A stretch of 64,000 nt of DNA from the NCBI GenBank assembly GCA_963522905.1, contig CAUQYS010000003.1, positions 42,845 to 106,844 on the forward strand, given 5' to 3'. Numbering within the stretch: position 1 is the stretch's first letter; each line of letters opens with the position of its first letter. A program made the position numbers and the translations under genes. The DNA comes from an uncultured Candidatus Saccharibacteria bacterium (GTDB taxonomy: Bacteria; Patescibacteriota; Saccharimonadia; Saccharimonadales; Saccharimonadaceae). This document shows, one piece after another, positions 60,417 to 64,000 of the stretch. The notes beneath the pieces are model-generated. The model had not been told where the DNA came from. It saw nothing but the letters and a program-made list of their open reading frames with translations, and did not search any database.

Positions 60417-61757
60417 ATGAACCATAACACACCACCACCATCCGAGCATCATACCAATGGAGAATTCCAGGCTTCGCCGGAGAGTCTTAATAGGCTACTA
60501 GCAGAGGGGTGGTATACGCTTTATCTCTATGGTGAGCCATACGAAGAGCCGCCAGTAGCCCCATCGTATGGTGATACGTGGCACCGAGGGTATCGTGTGG
60601 AACTGCCAGATGATGTCGTCCGGAAGATATTTATTGGTCAAGGTAGTGATGAGATGATTGCCGCACCAGATGACTACGAGCAGAGTGATAAGGGGCGACG
60701 CCTCCAATATCCGCAGCAAATTGCCTTCCGCTTCTCGTGTATGCGCAATAATCAGCCGACTGGCGACGAGCTCTTTCTTGATATAAAAACCCAACTTCCT
60801 ATCAAAGGCTCTGATGACGTACTCACCATTGCTCGCACATATGCCATCCGTAAGGGCGACGAAGAGAGAGGCGCAACTGGCACACAAGAAGTAGAGTATT
60901 CGATTGGCCATAAGTTCATTAGCCCGAATAATCTTCAGCCACACACAGAAGGAACCTTGACGGTAGAGGATGTACAGAAATTACTTGATGACCGTCGAGC
61001 ACTCGATATCCCAATGACAAACGATGATGTCCGCCGCCTTGAGGAGGTGCTTAAAGAGGTGCTAGAGATTGCCAAAGATAACGGTCCACGTGATAGAGTG
61101 CGCTACCCCTACGAGAATACCCCAAGCTTTATGGATATGGAGCGCTATGCAACGCAGCTCGAGCAGTGTTTGCTGAGGCCTGAGACTCAGCACCTCCAAG
61201 CACTCATCGACAAAGGCGAGCCGCTGATCGATATACCAATAACGCACCGCGAAGCTGCGCCTGATCTCGTGTGGCCAACAGCAGAGAATACCAAGGGGGT
61301 TGACTACCAGTCGCCATTCCCCGACGCAGAGACCTTCTTTGCTGCACTCGACATTAGCGAATTTATCGATAGTGACATTGGCAATATGCGCCTCTTACTC
61401 ACCGAGCCATTCTATGACCCAGAGAACGATACCAATTACTTTGCTGTTGCCTATCGGGGTAAGCCAGCCCGCCGCCGTGCGCATTGTGTTGCACCAGAGC
61501 TGGTGGAGACGCTTCGGCAATTTTATACCGCACTCGATGCCCGCTACCCTGCACGGACGGGCAACAAGGTGGGCAAGCGGCGTGAGCTCCTTGCGATGGG
61601 TCAGAACCACCGTGCCATTGCACAGGCAACCTTCCAGTATTACAACCTGATGCGGCTACTGGTAACCAGGGATGACATCAAGCAGCAAGCAGCGCTGCTC
61701 GGCCAGGAGAATAATAACACCATCATCACCCAGGCTCACCGGGCACTCCTTCAGTAA
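60417..61757 (+). CDS. Hypothetical soluble protein
   Basis: ATG 60417 (alternative TTG at 60381, 7 nt after TAGTAT). 446 aa. No homology recognised. Confidence 0.45.
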   Translation: MNHNTPPPSEHHTNGEFQASPESLNRLLAEGWYTLYLYGEPYEEPPVAPSYGDTWHRGYRVELPDDVVRKIFIGQGSDEMIAAPDDYEQSDKGRRLQYPQQIAFRFSCMRNNQPTGDELFLDIKTQLPIKGSDDVLTIARTYAIRKGDEERGATGTQEVEYSIGHKFISPNNLQPHTEGTLTVEDVQKLLDDRRALDIPMTNDDVRRLEEVLKEVLEIAKDNGPRDRVRYPYENTPSFMDMERYATQLEQCLLRPETQHLQALIDKGEPLIDIPITHREAAPDLVWPTAENTKGVDYQSPFPDAETFFAALDISEFIDSDIGNMRLLLTEPFYDPENDTNYFAVAYRGKPARRRAHCVAPELVETLRQFYTALDARYPARTGNKVGKRRELLAMGQNHRAIAQATFQYYNLMRLLVTRDDIKQQAALLGQENNNTIITQAHRALLQ

Positions 61758-61823
61758 CAAGTATCTGTTAGTAAGGGAAGAGATGCGAGAGCTGATGGAG
61801 CTTCGAAGTAAAGTTTTCTTACA

Positions 61824-61852
61824 TTGACACCGCGCCGCCCTCCTGCTACAAT
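61824..61852 (+). promoter_or_regulatory. Sigma70-type promoter TTGACA-N17-TACAAT (with TGc), near-leaderless rpsO
   Basis: TTGACA (61824-61829), a 17-nt spacer, and TGcTACAAT ending at 61852. The ATG at 61861 follows 8 nt later. Confidence 0.75.
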
Positions 61853-61860
61853 ACACCAGT

Positions 61861-62127
61861 ATGATTACTAAGGATAACAAAGCGAAAGCGATTGCTTTGA
61901 CTCAGGTCAGCAAGAACGACGTCGGCAGCCCACAGGCGCAGGTGTCTATCTTGACGGCTCGTATCAAAGAGGTGACCGAACACCTTAAGTCCAACAAGCA
62001 CGACAACATGGCTCGTCGTGGCCTCAAGCAAATGGTCGGCCGGCGTAAGCGGCTGCTCCGCTACCTTGAGCGGACCAACTTTGATGCCTACAAAGCAACG
62101 CTCGAAACCCTCGGTCTGCGCAAATAA
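61861..62127 (+). CDS. rpsO: 30S ribosomal protein S15
   Basis: Contains GSPQAQVSILTARIKEVTEHLKSNKHDNMARRGLKQMVGRRKRLLRYL. Confidence 0.92.
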   Translation: MITKDNKAKAIALTQVSKNDVGSPQAQVSILTARIKEVTEHLKSNKHDNMARRGLKQMVGRRKRLLRYLERTNFDAYKATLETLGLRK

Positions 62128-62146
62128 GCGCTCGCCGCGAGAAATA

Positions 62147-62175
62147 GACCTCCTCATCTATTGGGGAGGTTTTTA
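62147..62175 (+). terminator. Rho-independent terminator
   Basis: Stem GACCTCC/GGAGGTT followed by TTTT. Confidence 0.75.
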
Positions 62176-62263
62176 AGATTCATAGTATCACAATTGACAA
62201 ATATCGGCCTAAAATGTATCGTAATATAATATACCACACCATAAATAAAAAAGGAGTTGTAGC

Positions 62264-62962
62264 ATGTACGAAGCAGGGCATGGGGCAAGCAGCCATGGCA
62301 TTTCTACTCTCGAAGCTATGCTGGGTCGGACCGAGTATGAGAAGGCAGTAGCTAACTTTGACTCATTTGTTAGCCAACAGCTTGAGGGTGCACCGTTGCT
62401 ACGTGAAGACCCAGACCTACAACGATACGTGACGTATAGTCACTTGACACTTGACGATGTGGCAGACATAGCTGATGCTACAGATTCGCCACGGATGCGT
62501 GAGCTGCTCAAGGCGGCGGATGCAGTGCGGGCGCAATATCGCAAGCAGCATGAGGGTACACTTCAGCCTCTCGAGACCTTTGATGGCTCGACACATGTGC
62601 TTGTAGATCTGTATGAGTATATGACAACACAGAATGGGCAGGTGCAACGAAAAGAAAAAGGTGTAACCATCCAATGTATTATGAATGGCATCAGTATTCG
62701 TGGCTATGGTGGTGAAGGATTTGTTCATCAGGTAGATCTTGGCGGGGCGCAGTATGTGATTGACCCAGATGGACTTGCTGTGCGATATACACAGCAGACG
62801 CAAACAAAGCCAAGCAAGGACCTTGGTAAGTATGCCCAGGTAGAGGATATGGACGTTGTCAAGAGGCTCATTGAGCGCTCCAAGAAGAATGCCGCGCCTA
62901 CGACGCTTGACGTTGTCCGTGGTGGAGTTAAGCGCATGATGAACATATTCTCTCGCCCTTAG
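62264..62962 (+). CDS. Hypothetical soluble protein
   Basis: 232 aa. SD AAGGAG lies 8 nt upstream. Candidate promoter TTGACA (62194)-N17-TATCGT. No homology recognised. Confidence 0.5.
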   Translation: MYEAGHGASSHGISTLEAMLGRTEYEKAVANFDSFVSQQLEGAPLLREDPDLQRYVTYSHLTLDDVADIADATDSPRMRELLKAADAVRAQYRKQHEGTLQPLETFDGSTHVLVDLYEYMTTQNGQVQRKEKGVTIQCIMNGISIRGYGGEGFVHQVDLGGAQYVIDPDGLAVRYTQQTQTKPSKDLGKYAQVEDMDVVKRLIERSKKNAAPTTLDVVRGGVKRMMNIFSRP

Positions 62963-63048
62963 GGTATCTGATGAGGGCGGCCCTTCGCCTTGTGTATTAT
63001 TCTCCCACCAATGTTATACTAGAAAAACCATCACGAAAGGAGCACACC

Positions 63049-63717
63049 ATGGCATTTGGCCCAATAATGACAGTCACGGCAAAGCAGGGGATCGAGCTGG
63101 AGCTTGCGCCGTTTGCACGGGATGAACTGAGGCCGTTTGTGGAGGGGTTTGCGCGCGGGACGGTCACGCAGTATTTTGCCGAGCATCGAGCGCAGACGCT
63201 CGAGACCGAGCAAGCATGGTATGACAAAACAATCGCAGATAAAGAGAGTATCGTCTGGGGTATCTGGGCTAAGGATGGCGAAACGTGGCGGCTGATTGGC
63301 AGTACATCACTGGTGAATATTACGAGAAAGCACGTCCACACTGCCACAAGTGGCATCATTATTGTGGATAAAGATTACTGGGGTAAGGGTGTTGCTAGTG
63401 CTAGCCACCATGCTCGCACGTGGTACGCCTTTGAGAATCTAGGGCTGCACTGCATCAAATCCGCTGTGGTGCAGGGTAACGTTGCCAGCCTGTGCGCCCT
63501 CCAGCGATGTGGCTATACTCATCTCTACACCCAGCGCAACGATGTCTTTATCAATGGTAAGCTGCACCACACCGATCACCTTGAGTGTCTCAACCCTATT
63601 GACTGGGCCTGGAACCAGTGGTGGGGGAGCGACCAACCCTCGCCCGAGCACACAGCAGCTCGCCAGCGCAGCCTCGCCGCACTAGAGTGGGCGCGCGAGC
63701 GGGTGGTGTTGCTGTAG
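63049..63717 (+). CDS. GNAT-family N-acetyltransferase (RimJ/RimL-like)
   Basis: ATG 63049 after AAGGAG, with promoter TGtTATACT at 63012-63020. Acetyl-CoA-binding-like region IIIVDKDYWGKGVASAS...LGLHCIKSAVVQGNVASLCALQRCGY. Confidence 0.7.
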   Translation: MAFGPIMTVTAKQGIELELAPFARDELRPFVEGFARGTVTQYFAEHRAQTLETEQAWYDKTIADKESIVWGIWAKDGETWRLIGSTSLVNITRKHVHTATSGIIIVDKDYWGKGVASASHHARTWYAFENLGLHCIKSAVVQGNVASLCALQRCGYTHLYTQRNDVFINGKLHHTDHLECLNPIDWAWNQWWGSDQPSPEHTAARQRSLAALEWARERVVLL

Positions 63718-63764
63718 CAGTGCAATGCTTTACAAAACTAACCACTATACGCTATCATGCAACA

Positions 63765-64000
63765 ATGAGTCAAGAAAAACAACCGCTAGCTGAAACTTCG
63801 CCAGTATCTTTCCCGTACGAAAGAGCGAGAGAGCCACTATGTACGGCTGATCGGCTTAAACAAGAACGTCGGCGGTTTGTGGTTGATAAAGCAGCGCGCG
63901 AGACAAAGCGGTTTGCACAAGATTTGGAGACGATGGCAGCAGGGGGTAAGGCTGCGGAATATCTAGTGAATGGCAGCTCGGCAGATATGATACCTGAGGA
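63765..64000 (+). CDS. Hypothetical protein (5' part; runs off the window)
   Basis: ATG 63765 lies 6 nt after TATCAT (leaderless pattern). The frame MSQEKQPLAETSPVSFPYERAREPL... is open to the window end. Confidence 0.4.
   Translation, partial: MSQEKQPLAETSPVSFPYERAREPLCTADRLKQERRRFVVDKAARETKRFAQDLETMAAGGKAAEYLVNGSSADMIPE

Noticed and set aside
1-64000. CRISPR arrays, IS elements, transposases, integrases, prophage genes, rRNA genes, and alternative genetic code (UGA recoding).
   Set aside because: I saw no regularly spaced direct repeats. No ORF has transposase, integrase or phage-structural motifs. There is no rRNA-like sequence. TGA is used as a genuine stop (for example nrdA, and overlapping ATGA junctions) and long ORFs are uninterrupted, so the standard code applies.

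Overview
This is a gene-dense bacterial chromosomal segment using the standard genetic code (TGA terminates nrdA). About 57% GC in the one core-gene line I counted, with AT-richer islands. Housekeeping genes dominate: valS, rlmH, pyrG, argS, dnaG-rpoD, polA, mutM, holA, truB, rpsT, rpsO, orn, corA, mscL, a class I ribonucleotide reductase operon, three tRNA-Ser and one tRNA-Arg. Embedded among them are: (1) seven paralogous VirB2/TrbC-like two-helix 'pilin' genes, six in a translationally coupled tandem array, divergent from a ~1000-aa VirB6/TrbL-like polytopic protein; (2) secreted or anchored surface proteins (beta-helix plus LRR, GH16, Pro/Gln-rich anchors); (3) many orphan soluble proteins, some in AT-richer cassettes. 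The pilin family, small gene set, FemAB pair and ComF suggest a Patescibacteria/Saccharibacteria-like (CPR) genome. This is inference only. Several actinobacterial hallmarks (a WhiB-like Fe-S protein, many leaderless genes) sit alongside. The main hunt results are a paralogous structured intergenic element (25482..25672 and 51487..51623), long rod-like hairpins bracketing the nrd operon, a plus-strand-biased 9-mer (AACAGAGGT) mostly in intergenic DNA, a class Ic-type (Phe/Glu) R2 subunit, a DnaG with no zinc ligands, and a recurrent TGnTAYAAT-N6-8-ATG leaderless promoter architecture. No CRISPR array, transposase, integrase or prophage genes were seen.
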